Below are positions 39,657-50,280 of a stretch of DNA of 64,000 nt, piece by piece. Numbering within the stretch: the first letter of the stretch is position 1; every line of letters starts with the position of its first letter. The stretch is from an uncultured Acidimicrobiaceae bacterium (GTDB lineage: Bacteria > Actinomycetota > Acidimicrobiia > Acidimicrobiales > Bog-793): contig CAWJBM010000005.1 of assembly GCA_963841155.1 (NCBI GenBank), positions 11,869-75,868 on the forward strand, written 5' to 3'. A model generated the notes under the pieces. That model saw only the letters and a program-made list of their open reading frames with translations, was not told the DNA's origin and did not search any database. The position numbers and the translations under genes were made by a program.

Positions 39657-41504
39657 TCAGACGGCATGGCGCGCGAAGTACTTGAGGATGATCAACCACG
39701 CGTGAAGCGCGGCCGTCCCCTGGCGTATGACCGTGGTCCGGGCAAGGACGGGCTGATAAGGCCCGAGGGCCAGGAGCGCGGCCTCGAACTGGGCGCCCGT
39801 TGTGCTGAGCAGGAGCAGATCTGCTGGCCGCCTGCTGTTGAGTGTCGCCGCATCTGACGCACTGAGGACGGGGAGACCGGTCGGTAAGAAGTTGAAGCCG
39901 CCGTGATACATACCGATCGGCCCCATGAGCTCGCCGACCTGTTCACCGGGCAACCACATCAACAGCTGCTCGCCGGGATAGGCGGCGTTGCCCACGAACG
40001 AAGGGAGGTCCGCGCTGATCTGGTACCAGTCGACCAGGAGGCTGGCGCTGCCGCCGAGAGCGCCTTCATATGAGGCAGACGGGTCCTGCTTGATGGCGAG
40101 GCCCGTCAAGGCCGGGAGCGGAGGGCTTGGCGCGACCGTGAGAACGAGCAGGGACCCCGTCACGGCGATGACGGCCGTCGCCACTGGCAAGACGCGCCTG
40201 CCTCGGGAAGCCGAGTGCGCTGTGCGCCGACGGGTGCCCAGTCGCATCATCACGGCCACAACGACCGGGACCGCGGCCAAGGCCGCGCCGGCCGGCACCC
40301 ACCCGAATGCCGGTACGTGCGGGTCGGCCTCGTACGCGAGCGGGACGGCGACGAGGAGAACCGCCGGGAGCCAACGCGCCAGGCGGCGGGTCGACAGCGG
40401 CCGGCAGATCTCGGCGAGGGTCACGGCCAGGGCCAGGCAGACCACGCCCCAGAGAGTCGAGGAGAAGTAGTGCATCTCGAGTGTCTCTACGTGGTAGAAG
40501 AACTGCAGGTAGGCGAAGACGGCGAACTGGGCGGTGCATGCGAGACCGACGAACGCTTGGGCAGTGGGGACCGCGCGCAAGCTTCGTGCGAAGGTGACCC
40601 AGAACGCGACGATGACCGCAGGAGGGACCAACAGGTACGCGTCGTAGGGAGCCCAGCGCCAGTTCACGGAGTGAAACAGCCGTATCTGATCCGGCTGGTT
40701 CAGGTAGGCCATGGCGGCGAGCGTCGGCCGGATGAAGTCGAACTGGCCGAAGATGCGGGCCGAAGCGACCATGAGCAGCAGTGTCACCAAGACAGCGATC
40801 CCCGCCAGGAGGATGCCGTCTCTGAGGAGATGTCGCCGGGCCCGCACGAGGCGCACAGCGGCGTACACGGCGACGGTGGTGGCGGCGAGCACGGCACCCA
40901 TTCCGTGGGACCAGATCGCCAGTGTCAGCAGCACGCCCGCCAGGCCGAGCCAAGCCGAACGCCACCGGTCCCGGCAAGGCATCGCGAGGCAAGCGACGGC
41001 TCCGGCTACATAGGAGACCACGGCCGAGTCGGGGTAGTCGGTACCCCAGGCGGTGATGACGACGGGCGAACTGAGCAGGGCGACGATAGCCAGCGCGCCG
41101 GCGGGGATGCCATAGAGCCGCCTGAGCAGCAGGTAGGCGGGCACTATGGCTATCAGGGCGAAGAGGTAGCGCGTGGCGAAGAAGCCGGGGACGGCACCGA
41201 AGGCGAGATAGGCGAGACGGGCGAGAACGAGGAATCCCACCTGGGTGCTCTCACGCAGTCGCGCACTCGAAGCAAACGTGGCTGCATAGCGGACGAACAT
41301 CTCGCGTGGATCGACGATGTAGATGGTGTGCATGCTGGGGTCGGGCAATCCGAGTGGCGACATGGCGCGGATCCTCAACACGAAGAAGGCGACGAGCGGC
41401 GAGAGCGCGACGGCGGCGCCCTCGCAGACAAGCGGCCAGCGGTGGCGCCCCGGCACGCGCCCGGCGAAGCTCGACCCGGCAGTGGGGCCACTGGTGACGA
41501 GCAC
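39657..41504 (-). CDS. Polytopic membrane protein, GT-C-like
   Basis: More than 11 TM helices, DP-containing loop after TM1, TDYPD motif, soluble C-terminal domain; divergent from a GT2. Confidence 0.65.
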   Translation of the reverse strand: MLVTSGPTAGSSFAGRVPGRHRWPLVCEGAAVALSPLVAFFVLRIRAMSPLGLPDPSMHTIYIVDPREMFVRYAATFASSARLRESTQVGFLVLARLAYLAFGAVPGFFATRYLFALIAIVPAYLLLRRLYGIPAGALAIVALLSSPVVITAWGTDYPDSAVVSYVAGAVACLAMPCRDRWRSAWLGLAGVLLTLAIWSHGMGAVLAATTVAVYAAVRLVRARRHLLRDGILLAGIAVLVTLLLMVASARIFGQFDFIRPTLAAMAYLNQPDQIRLFHSVNWRWAPYDAYLLVPPAVIVAFWVTFARSLRAVPTAQAFVGLACTAQFAVFAYLQFFYHVETLEMHYFSSTLWGVVCLALAVTLAEICRPLSTRRLARWLPAVLLVAVPLAYEADPHVPAFGWVPAGAALAAVPVVVAVMMRLGTRRRTAHSASRGRRVLPVATAVIAVTGSLLVLTVAPSPPLPALTGLAIKQDPSASYEGALGGSASLLVDWYQISADLPSFVGNAAYPGEQLLMWLPGEQVGELMGPIGMYHGGFNFLPTGLPVLSASDAATLNSRRPADLLLLSTTGAQFEAALLALGPYQPVLARTTVIRQGTAALHAWLIILKYFARHAV

Positions 41505-41574
41505 CGGATGACCCTACCAAGTCACGCCGTCCCCGGAATTTCGAGCTCCGACACCGTGTGGCTACACTCGCAGC

Positions 41575-42345
41575 GTGCTCAACGGGAAGCAGATCACCGC
41601 AGTGCTTCCCGCTTACAACGCCGGCGAGACACTGCAGCGGACGGTCGACGAGCTCGACCGCGCCGTGATCGACAACGTCCTGCTCGTCGATGACGCGAGC
41701 ACCGACAACACAATGCAGCAAGCAGAGCGCCTCGGCCTCGTCTCGATTCGACACGACAAGAACCGGGGCTACGGTGCGAATCAGAAGAGCTGTTACAGGG
41801 CAGCACTGGATCTCGGCGCCGATATCGTCGTGATGCTCCATCCCGACTACCAGTACTCGCCGCTCCTCGTGCCCGCCCTGGCAGCGATGATCGCCTACGG
41901 AGAGTATGACTTCGTCCTCGGGTCGCGCATCCTTGCGCAGAATTCGATCGCCCGCGGGATGCCGGCCTACAAGTACGTGGCCAACAGGTTCCTCACACTC
42001 TGCGAGAACCTGGTATTACGCCAAAAGCTCTCCGAGTACCACACGGGCCTGCGGGCCTACAGCAGAGGATTGCTGGAGGCCCTGCCCTTCGAGCGGAACT
42101 CCGACGACTTCGTCTTCGACAACCAGATGATCGCTCAGGCGGTCGCCTTCGGGGCGAACATCGGCGAGCTGTCCTGTCCGACCCGCTATGCGGCGGATTC
42201 GTCTTCGATCAATTTCAGAAGAAGCGTCCGCTACGGCATCGGTGTGCTGCGAACTACCGCTCAGTACCGGTTGCACGTCAGTGGCATCCGACGCTACGGG
42301 TTCCTCGATTTTGCACCCCGCGCAGCACCGACCGCAGTCGGTTAG
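41575..42345 (+). CDS. GT2 glycosyltransferase (DPM/GtrB-like)
   Basis: VLPAYNA, VDDASTD, NRGYGANQK, MLHPDYQY, EYHTG.RAY and SDDFVFD motifs. Confidence 0.92.
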   Translation: MLNGKQITAVLPAYNAGETLQRTVDELDRAVIDNVLLVDDASTDNTMQQAERLGLVSIRHDKNRGYGANQKSCYRAALDLGADIVVMLHPDYQYSPLLVPALAAMIAYGEYDFVLGSRILAQNSIARGMPAYKYVANRFLTLCENLVLRQKLSEYHTGLRAYSRGLLEALPFERNSDDFVFDNQMIAQAVAFGANIGELSCPTRYAADSSSINFRRSVRYGIGVLRTTAQYRLHVSGIRRYGFLDFAPRAAPTAVG

Positions 42346-42405
42346 AGGATTCAGCTCCGCCACGCGGCGAGCTTGCCGGAGTTCGGCAGCCGCGATCTCG
42401 TGCCG

Positions 42406-43065
42406 TCAGGTGCGCCGGGAAGCAAGGCCAGAGGTTCGTTCATGGAGCTGGGTCAGAACCAGCACCGTGAAGCTCACGAAGAAGACCGCTTCCACCACGC
42501 TCCCCAGTCTGTTCAGCAGGTAGGCCAAGCCCAGGATCGGGTATGCGGCCCACGCGCCTGTGCCTAGAGCTCGATAGAGCTTGGCGTTGCGGGTCTTCTT
42601 GCTACGTGTCCGCCGGTAGGCGTAGAAGAGGGCGACCGTGATGCCCCCGAACTCGAGAATGCCACCGACAACGTGCAGGTACTGCTCGAGGGGAAGCTGG
42701 AGCCTCAACTCCCTGCTCCGGCAGGCGGCGTTGATCCCGTCAGCGCAGATCTCTGGAAACACCCCACCGAACGCTCCCGCAGCGGCAAAGACCATCATGG
42801 CCCACCATTCGCTTCGGCCGCCCGGGATCGTCGCGCTCCCCGCCGCCAAGAAAGCCCCCAAGAGGAGCAACCCGGAGACAAGGTCGGCGTGCTGCATCGC
42901 CGTCGCGAAGGGCTGACCGGTTACCTCGAGGTCGCTGAAGAGCTCGTTGGGCGAGAGCATGAGGCCGGGCTTGAGCGGAACAAGAACCCACCAGTTGTAC
43001 AGGAGCAGCCCGGCAATCCCGAGGCTCCACGCCAGCACCGGGCGGGTGAGCGGCCGACCCGGCAC
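42406..43065 (-). CDS. DUF998-like membrane protein
   Basis: YNWW, FSDLE..GQP, FPE.C...C and H motifs; about 5 TM helices. Confidence 0.7.
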   Translation of the reverse strand: MPGRPLTRPVLAWSLGIAGLLLYNWWVLVPLKPGLMLSPNELFSDLEVTGQPFATAMQHADLVSGLLLLGAFLAAGSATIPGGRSEWWAMMVFAAAGAFGGVFPEICADGINAACRSRELRLQLPLEQYLHVVGGILEFGGITVALFYAYRRTRSKKTRNAKLYRALGTGAWAAYPILGLAYLLNRLGSVVEAVFFVSFTVLVLTQLHERTSGLASRRT

Positions 43066-43100
43066 ACAGCGGGAGCGAGGCCTACCTCGGGCGCGCCCGG

Positions 43101-45065
43101 TCAGACCGTCTCCACGAAGGCCTCGGTGAACTGGCTCTGGTACAGCGCGGCGTAGAAGCCCTGGCGGGCGATGAGCTCGGCGTGGCTGCCCTGCTCGACA
43201 ATCCGACCGGCGTCCATGACGACGATCGTGTCCGCGTTGCGGATGGTCGAGAGGCGGTGAGCGATGACGAAGCTCGTCCGGCCGTGCCGCAACCGGGCCA
43301 TCGCTTGTTGGATTAGGACCTCAGTGCGCGTGTCGACGCTGCTCGTCGCCTCATCGAGGATGAGGATCGTGGGGTTCGCGACGAACGCACGAGCGATGGT
43401 GATGAGCTGCTTCTGGCCCGCCGAGATGTTGGAGGCGTCCTCGTCCACCACGGTGTCGTACCCCTCCGGCTGGGTCCGCACGAAGTGATCGACGTGCGCG
43501 GCCTCGGCGGCGGCAATTACCTCCTCGCTCGTGGCGCCTTCGCGCCCGTATGCGATGTTGTCCCGGATCGTCCCGGTGAACAGCCAGGTGTCCTGAAGAA
43601 CCATGCCGAATGTCCGCCTCACGTCGTCACGGACGAGGTTGCGCGCATCTATGCCATCGAGCAGGACGCGTCCCGAGTCGATCTCGTAGAAGCGCATGAG
43701 AAGGTTGACGACCGTCGTCTTGCCCGCACCGGTGGGGCCGACGATCGCGACGGTCTGACCCGGTGAGACCGAAAGGCTGAAGTCTGTGATCAGTGCCTGC
43801 TCGGGCTCGTACTGGAAGCCCACGTGCACGAGATCCACCCGCCCGTCCGGGTCGAGGAGCCGTGCCGGCTGCGGACAGTCCGGCTCCTCCTCCTCGGCAT
43901 CCAGCAGCGCGAAGACCCGCTCGGCGGAGGCAACCCCCGACTGCAAGAGGTTCATCTGGCTTGCCACTTGGGTGATCGGCATCGTGAACTGGCGCGAGTA
44001 CTGGATGAAAGCCTGCACGTCCCCGAGCGAGAGCGCTCCCGACGCGACGCGGTACCCGCCGATGACCGCTATCACCACGTAGTTCAAGTTGGCAAGGAAC
44101 TGCATCGCTGGCTGGATCACGCCGGAAAGGAACTGCGCGCGAAAACTCGCCTCGTACAGGGGCTCGTTCTGCCGGTCGAACTCCTCTATGGACGCGTCGC
44201 TCCGCCCGAATATCTGCACCAGAGCATGACCGGTGTACATCTCTTCCACGTGGCCGTTCAGCGCTCCTGTCCGCTCCCACTGCGCGGCGAACTGCACCTG
44301 GGAACGACGAGCGACAAAGAACGTCACGATGATCGACAGTGGAATGGTTATGAGCGAGACGCCCGCCAGCAGCGGGCTGATCCAGAACATCATCGCGATC
44401 ACACCGAGAATCGTCAGCCCCGAGCTGAGCAGCTGGCTCAAGCCCTGCTGGAGCGTCGTGGTCACGTTGTCGATGTCGTTGGTGACGCGGCTCAGGATGT
44501 CGCCGTGGGAGTGCCGGTCGAAGTACCGCAACGGCAGCCGGGCGAGCTTGGACTCCACGTCCTCGCGCATGCGGTACACGGTTCGCTGCGCGACCCCTGC
44601 CATCACGTAGCCCTGGGCCCAGTTCAGCATCGCTCCAAAGACGTAGACGAGCGCGGCGAGGCCGAGCAACGTGCCGAGATGGCCGAAATCGACCCCCGAT
44701 CCGGGAGTGATCGACATTCCCTTGATCATGTCGGCTAGCTGTCCTTCGCCCTTCGAGCGCAAGAGGGCGATGACCTGCTGTTTGGACATCCCTGCTGGCA
44801 AGCGCTTTCCTATGACCCCGTTGAACAGGACATCGGTCGCGCTGCCGAGGATCTTCGGACCGAACACAGTGAACGCCACGCTCGCGGAGGTCATTACGAT
44901 CACGAAAGCGATGCGGATCCTCTCAGGCCTCAGTCGTCGCCCGAGACGCCGCACGGTGTTGCGGAAGTCCTTGGGCCGCTCGACCGGCATGGACATCCCC
45001 GGTCGGCCTGGTCCGCCGAAGCCTCGTCCCGAGCCTGGTCGCTGCCGCGCGGCGGGTGTGCTCAT
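43101..45065 (-). CDS. ABC exporter subunit (TMD+NBD), consensus-site half
   Basis: GPTGAGKTT, SAGQKQ, LDEATS and IAHRLST motifs. Confidence 0.95.
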   Translation of the reverse strand: MSTPAARQRPGSGRGFGGPGRPGMSMPVERPKDFRNTVRRLGRRLRPERIRIAFVIVMTSASVAFTVFGPKILGSATDVLFNGVIGKRLPAGMSKQQVIALLRSKGEGQLADMIKGMSITPGSGVDFGHLGTLLGLAALVYVFGAMLNWAQGYVMAGVAQRTVYRMREDVESKLARLPLRYFDRHSHGDILSRVTNDIDNVTTTLQQGLSQLLSSGLTILGVIAMMFWISPLLAGVSLITIPLSIIVTFFVARRSQVQFAAQWERTGALNGHVEEMYTGHALVQIFGRSDASIEEFDRQNEPLYEASFRAQFLSGVIQPAMQFLANLNYVVIAVIGGYRVASGALSLGDVQAFIQYSRQFTMPITQVASQMNLLQSGVASAERVFALLDAEEEEPDCPQPARLLDPDGRVDLVHVGFQYEPEQALITDFSLSVSPGQTVAIVGPTGAGKTTVVNLLMRFYEIDSGRVLLDGIDARNLVRDDVRRTFGMVLQDTWLFTGTIRDNIAYGREGATSEEVIAAAEAAHVDHFVRTQPEGYDTVVDEDASNISAGQKQLITIARAFVANPTILILDEATSSVDTRTEVLIQQAMARLRHGRTSFVIAHRLSTIRNADTIVVMDAGRIVEQGSHAELIARQGFYAALYQSQFTEAFVETV

Positions 45066-46792
45066 GCGGCTTCCTCACCGAGCTGGGAGGTGACGATCTC
45101 CCTATACTCGGCACAGCTCGAGAGGAGCTCCTCGTGCCGCCCGATCCCCACGACCCGCCCGTCGTCGAGCACGATGATCCGGTCGGCGTGCAGGATCGTG
45201 CTGACACGCTGCGCCACGATCAGCACGGTTGCGTCCGTGGTCTCGGATCTGAGGGCTCCGCGGAGCTTCGCGTCGGTGGCTGCGTCCAGCGCGGAGAAAC
45301 AGTCGTCGAACAGGTAGATGGCCGGCCGCTTCACCAGCGCCCGTGCGATGGACAACCGCTGGCGCTGGCCACCGGACACGTTCGTGCCGCCCTGGGTGAT
45401 CTCCGCCTCCAGGCCGCCCGGCATTGCGGAGACGAAATCGCTCGCCTGGGCGACCCCGAGTGCCTGCCACAGCTCTTCGTCGGTGGCATCGGGCCGGCCG
45501 AAACGCAGGTTCTCCGCCACTGTGCCACTGAACAGGTACGCCTGCTGCGGCACCATGCCAATCTTCGCCCAGAGGGCGCCCCGGGCCTGGTCCGCTACGT
45601 TGACCCCGTCGACGAGCACGGCGCCGCTCGTGACGTCGAACAAGCGAGGGATGAGGTTGAGAAGCGTGGTCTTGCCCGAGCCTGTGCCACCGATGATCGC
45701 TGTGGTCTCGCCTGGTAGCAGCGAGAACGACAGGCCGTGCAGCACCGGTTCCTCGCCCCCCGGGTACCCGAAGACGACATCTCTCAGCTCTACCAGTCCC
45801 GCCGAGGTCGTGGGGACGACGGCGTCTGCAGGGTCCTGGACCGAAGGCTCAGCGCGCAGCACCTCCTCGATGCGGTCGGCGCTGGCGACTGCCCGAGGTA
45901 GGAGGATCACCATCATCACGGCGATCATCACGGACATGAGGATCTGCAGGATGTAGCTGAGGAAAGCCGTGAGGTTGCCGATCGGCATGCTCCCGCTGGC
46001 GATCAGGTGGCCGCCGAACCAGAGCACCGCGACGCACGACAGGTTCATCACCCCCATGACAGTTGGCAGCGCCAGCGCGAACATGCGGTTCACCCTGAGC
46101 CCTGTGGTGGTCAGCGCCCCGTTCGCGTCCGCGAATCGCTGCTGTTCCTGGCCGGTACGGATGAACGCGCGGATCACCCGCACCCCGGTGATCTGCTCGC
46201 GAAGAACGAGGTTGACCCGGTCGATCCTGGACTGCATCGACCTGAACAACGGGACCGCCTTGGACATCAGGATCAAGATCACGACGAGCATGACCGGAAC
46301 GACGACCACGAGGAGTGTCGAGAGCCTCACGTCTTCCTTCAGCGCCATGATCACGCCGCCGACGCACATGATCGGGGCCAGCACCATGATCGTCAGAGCC
46401 ATCTGTAAGAACAGCTGGATCTGCTGGACGTCGTTGGTGTTGCGCGTGATGAGCGAGGGCGTCCCGAAGTGGTTGATCTCCTGTGCCGAGAATCGCTGCA
46501 CCGACTTGAAGACGGCACCACGGATGTCCCGGCCTAGACCCATCGAGACCTTCGAGGCGAAGTACACAGCCACCATCGACATTGCCCCCACTACGAGCGT
46601 GATGCCGAGCATCCAAGCGCCCGTCGTCCAGATGTAGTGGATGTCGCCCTTCTCGATGCCGTTGTTGATGATGTCCGCAGTGAGATTGGGCAAGTAGAGG
46701 TTTGCGACTGCCTGCACGACCAGCAGCGTGACGACCAGGCACACCTGACGGGTGTACCGACGGAGGTAGCGTCGCACGAGGGCGATCAGCAT
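45062..46792 (-). CDS. ABC exporter subunit (TMD+NBD), degenerate-site half
   Basis: GGTGSGKTT, SGGQRQ, FDD (catalytic E to D) and VAQR (H to Q): heterodimeric multidrug-type exporter. Confidence 0.95.
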   Translation of the reverse strand: MLIALVRRYLRRYTRQVCLVVTLLVVQAVANLYLPNLTADIINNGIEKGDIHYIWTTGAWMLGITLVVGAMSMVAVYFASKVSMGLGRDIRGAVFKSVQRFSAQEINHFGTPSLITRNTNDVQQIQLFLQMALTIMVLAPIMCVGGVIMALKEDVRLSTLLVVVVPVMLVVILILMSKAVPLFRSMQSRIDRVNLVLREQITGVRVIRAFIRTGQEQQRFADANGALTTTGLRVNRMFALALPTVMGVMNLSCVAVLWFGGHLIASGSMPIGNLTAFLSYILQILMSVMIAVMMVILLPRAVASADRIEEVLRAEPSVQDPADAVVPTTSAGLVELRDVVFGYPGGEEPVLHGLSFSLLPGETTAIIGGTGSGKTTLLNLIPRLFDVTSGAVLVDGVNVADQARGALWAKIGMVPQQAYLFSGTVAENLRFGRPDATDEELWQALGVAQASDFVSAMPGGLEAEITQGGTNVSGGQRQRLSIARALVKRPAIYLFDDCFSALDAATDAKLRGALRSETTDATVLIVAQRVSTILHADRIIVLDDGRVVGIGRHEELLSSCAEYREIVTSQLGEEAA

Positions 46793-46888
46793 CGGCTGTT
46801 CCCGCTTCGCGCCGCCGGGCAGGTCGCGGAACCAGCCCCAAGGTGACGTCGAGATCGTGCATGGGCGGCCGACGGATCGGCGGCAGGC

Positions 46889-47383
46889 TCAGCTGCCACG
46901 CGCGTCTTCCGAGTCACGCTCCAATGAGGCCGCGAACCGTCCGAGCATCGATGCGAAGGCTGCTAGGTCCACGTCGTCCCAGCCCTCGAGCAGACGTTCG
47001 AACCAAGCCCGCCGGGCCCTCGACACCCGCTCGAGCGTCCGTCGCCCGGCCGGAGTCAGCCGGATGCGGGTGGCGCGGTGGTCATCGGCATCCGCGTGGC
47101 GGGCCACCAGTCCACCCCGCTCGAGCTGCTGGATCTTGCGCGTGACCGTCGGCGTGTCGACACCGAGCAGGTCGGCCAGCCCCGTCACCCGCAAGGAGTC
47201 CCCATGTACCTGGAGCTTGTGGAGCAGGGCCGCCCCGGCGCGGTCAAGCCGGACGCCCGCCGTTTGGAGCAGGCGCTCGTGGACACGGACCTGGCCCATG
47301 GAGCGGACCACAGTTCCGAACGCGGCTTGGATCTGGCCGACCGATCCGTCGGCGAGCTTCCGCCCGCCGCCTCCGCGACCCAT
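46889..47383 (-). CDS. MarR family transcriptional regulator
   Basis: LADLLGVDTPTVTRKIQQLERGGLV.R..D..DHRA..I.LT..G wHTH motif. Confidence 0.93.
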   Translation of the reverse strand: MGRGGGGRKLADGSVGQIQAAFGTVVRSMGQVRVHERLLQTAGVRLDRAGAALLHKLQVHGDSLRVTGLADLLGVDTPTVTRKIQQLERGGLVARHADADDHRATRIRLTPAGRRTLERVSRARRAWFERLLEGWDDVDLAAFASMLGRFAASLERDSEDARGS

Positions 47384-47389
47384 ACTAGT

Positions 47390-47408
47390 TACTTGCGGCA
47401 CGTAAATA
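47390..47408. promoter_or_regulatory. Putative MarR operator
   Basis: Imperfect palindrome TACTTGCG-gca-CGTAAATA in an AT-rich patch just upstream of the marR ATG; TATAAT on the minus strand at 47408-47413. Confidence 0.5.
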
Positions 47409-47495
47409 TTATAGGCGGCTCCGTCGGAGCCGCACCAGCCAGGCTCCCGAGGCGCTGGCGGTCGCTGTTGGCAGCGGCGCGGGCGCCCGATTGCT

Positions 47496-48983
47496 TCATG
47501 GGCCGTCGCGGGCGGGGCCTTCCAGGAGATAGGCCACGACGTCCGCTGCCCTGTAGCTGTCGCGACCTGCGCCGACCAGCTTCGGGAGGAACGAGAGGTC
47601 CTGTCCGATTGTCGCGAGGGGGGGCTCTACGGTTCCGTCGCGGTGGCGCTGACCCAGCCCGATAGCCGCGATCAGCCCGTTGCACACGCAACGTCGCCCG
47701 ATCGTGTCCTCCATCTTCCCGCCCTTGCGCACGTAGGCCGAAGCCGGCTCGGCGGGGCAACGGTACCCGATCTCACCGTCTTGACCGCAGTAGGGAACCC
47801 GTAGATAGCCGGCCTCGCACACCCGCCGCCGCTCGGCGTAGACCTCAGGCACCGCGATAGTCCCCGGCAGGTCGGCCACCTTGAAAGGAAAGCCGGTGGG
47901 CGAGGCCAACGAATCGGTGCGCACGTGCAGGGTCCCGGAAAGGGCGTTCTCGATGAAGGCACGTTTCAACGAGGCGTCGAAACCCGACTCCTCGCAGAGG
48001 GCGAACGCGGATCCGACCTGGATACCGGTTGCCCCGACCTCAAGGGCGTGTGCGAGCGACTCTGGGCTCGCGTAGGCACCGGCAAGCCAGTAAGGCAGCC
48101 CCAACGTCGCCAACTTCTCCAAATCGACCACGTCACGAGGCCCGTAAACCGGCTGACCCTCCTCGTCAAAGCTGACCGGACCACGAGGCGGAGCATTGTG
48201 GCCGCCTGCCACGGCCCCTTCCACCACGAACCCGTCAGGGCACGTGCGGGCATCGCGAGCGAGATAGGAGGCCAGCACATGCGAAGCGACTATGGCGAGG
48301 AACTTCGGCCGACGCAGCTCCGCTCTCGCACCAGAGATCGATTCTGGGCGCACTGCGACGCCGAACCGGGCAGCCCCTGCACCGAGCACGTCGACGGCGA
48401 TCTCACCGGAACGCCCCGCGGCGAGCGAATCAAGCAGACCGGGGAGCTCGGCGGGGATGCCGGCGCCGACCAGCACGTAGTCGACTCCCGCGAGCATGGC
48501 GCCGTAAGCCGCCGCCGGGGTGGCCATCTGAATCTTCTCCAGGTAGTTGACCCCGACCAGGCCTTCGTGGCCCTCCTTGGATAGGAATACCTCCACGAAG
48601 TTTGCCGCGATGATGAGATCGGTGGCCTGCCGGCCCGGATCCAGCGACAGGCGCGGTACAAGGCGGAACGGCTTTCCGGGATCGATGCCGCCTTCCACGA
48701 AGTAGCGGCCCAGGATCTCCTCGGAGGCCTCGGCATGCGGGAAGCTCGCCAGCGCCCGGCGGATGTGACCTCCCGGGTCTCCCAGCTGGAGACGGCGGGC
48801 GAGAAGGGTGTCCAGCGCCACCCCCGAGACCACACCGAGCTGGCCCGTAAGCGCAACCGCCCGTACCAGGGGCCACCCGGAGACGCCGACACCCATGCCG
48901 CCCTGGATGATCGCGGGCCAGTCGCTCGCCGCCCGCGTGCTGGTCAACGTCGGTCCTCGGCCAGGGCTCCATGCGCGCAACAC
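47496..48983 (-). CDS. Nitronate monooxygenase (2-nitropropane dioxygenase) family flavoprotein
   Basis: IIQGGMGVGVS, NYLEKIQ, GAGIP, AGGHNAPPRG, GIQVG and SPTGFPFK motifs; Cys-rich C-terminus. Confidence 0.9.
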   Translation of the reverse strand: MLRAWSPGRGPTLTSTRAASDWPAIIQGGMGVGVSGWPLVRAVALTGQLGVVSGVALDTLLARRLQLGDPGGHIRRALASFPHAEASEEILGRYFVEGGIDPGKPFRLVPRLSLDPGRQATDLIIAANFVEVFLSKEGHEGLVGVNYLEKIQMATPAAAYGAMLAGVDYVLVGAGIPAELPGLLDSLAAGRSGEIAVDVLGAGAARFGVAVRPESISGARAELRRPKFLAIVASHVLASYLARDARTCPDGFVVEGAVAGGHNAPPRGPVSFDEEGQPVYGPRDVVDLEKLATLGLPYWLAGAYASPESLAHALEVGATGIQVGSAFALCEESGFDASLKRAFIENALSGTLHVRTDSLASPTGFPFKVADLPGTIAVPEVYAERRRVCEAGYLRVPYCGQDGEIGYRCPAEPASAYVRKGGKMEDTIGRRCVCNGLIAAIGLGQRHRDGTVEPPLATIGQDLSFLPKLVGAGRDSYRAADVVAYLLEGPARDGP

Positions 48984-49167
48984 CGGTCTCGGAGCCTTCG
49001 ATAGCCGTCACTGACTTGCATGGCCGCGGTCGGTCCTTCGATACCGCGAGAGACTAGTTGACACCGGCCCCGGTCCCGTCCCCGGCGTGCACCTATGAGA
49101 GGAACACACAGCTCTCGCGGCTTCTTCGAACGACGGAGCCGGTCCTGTCGGTGCCTACTATTGCCCC

Positions 49168-50280
49168 ATGTCAGCAACCGTCCCGAGCACGAGCTTTGTA
49201 CCCTATGAAAGGCCCGTACGCGCCGCGTTCGTGGGCCTTGGGCGCATCTACGACCTCAACGTGCGCGCTTACCTTGACAATCCCGACGTCGAGGTCGTGG
49301 CGCTTGTCGATCCGAGCGAGGAGCGCTGCGCCCAGCGCCAGGCAGACTTCCCAGCCGCCAGAACATTCGCCTCCGCTGCGGAATTGGCGACGAGTGGTCT
49401 CGAGGTCGACGCTGTCGAGGCTCTGCTGCCGATTCCGCTACATGCCGATGTGGTTCCTGAGCTCCTCGGTTACGGCTGGCACGTCAATCTGCAAAAGCCG
49501 ATTTGCAATGACCTCGCCGGCGCGAAACGGATGCTCGACACGGCGGTGGCCAACGGCCGGCTGCTGCGGGTCATGGAGAACTACATCTTCTACGAACCAC
49601 TCATGAAGCTCAAGGAGATTGTGGGCTCAGGCGAACTCGGCGAAGTCAGCGGATACCACATGAAGATGGTGGCCAGCGGCCGCGGTGGCTGGGACGTCCC
49701 GGGGAGCAGCTACGAGTGGCAGTTCCAGCAGATGCGACGTGGCCGCGGCATCCTCGTGTTCGATGACGGCTGGCACAAGCTGTCGACGGCGATCTGGCTG
49801 TTCGGTCCAATCAAGCAGGTGCGGGCATGGGTGGGCACCACCGAAGTCGTGCCCGGCATCGAGATCGACGCACCCACCACGCTGGTGTGGGAACACCACA
49901 ATGGGGTTCGCGGCGTTTGGGACGTCACCCTGGCGATCGACATGTACCTGCGTTCCGACTACTACACCAATGACGAACGCTGGGAGATCACCGGCCGCCG
50001 CGGCTACGCGCGGGTCAACCGATGCACCGGCCGCGGGATCCAACAGCCGAGCCTGGAGGTCTACCTCGACGGGGAGATGCGCTCCTACCACGCGCTCGAT
50101 GACGATTGGGCCAGCAGCTTTCGGGATTCGGGCCGCCATTGGCTGCGCTGGCTCCACACGGGCGAGGGCCCGATGCTGTGGAATGCCGACGAAGCCGTCA
50201 ACATATTGCGTTTTGCACTGGCCGCATACGCGAGCAGTGCAGCGGGTGGCATCGGCGTGGACCCGGCTTCGCTCAGTTGA
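49168..50280 (+). CDS. Gfo/Idh/MocA oxidoreductase
   Basis: VGLGRI, P...H, QKP, ENY and DDGWH motifs. Confidence 0.9.
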   Translation: MSATVPSTSFVPYERPVRAAFVGLGRIYDLNVRAYLDNPDVEVVALVDPSEERCAQRQADFPAARTFASAAELATSGLEVDAVEALLPIPLHADVVPELLGYGWHVNLQKPICNDLAGAKRMLDTAVANGRLLRVMENYIFYEPLMKLKEIVGSGELGEVSGYHMKMVASGRGGWDVPGSSYEWQFQQMRRGRGILVFDDGWHKLSTAIWLFGPIKQVRAWVGTTEVVPGIEIDAPTTLVWEHHNGVRGVWDVTLAIDMYLRSDYYTNDERWEITGRRGYARVNRCTGRGIQQPSLEVYLDGEMRSYHALDDDWASSFRDSGRHWLRWLHTGEGPMLWNADEAVNILRFALAAYASSAAGGIGVDPASLS

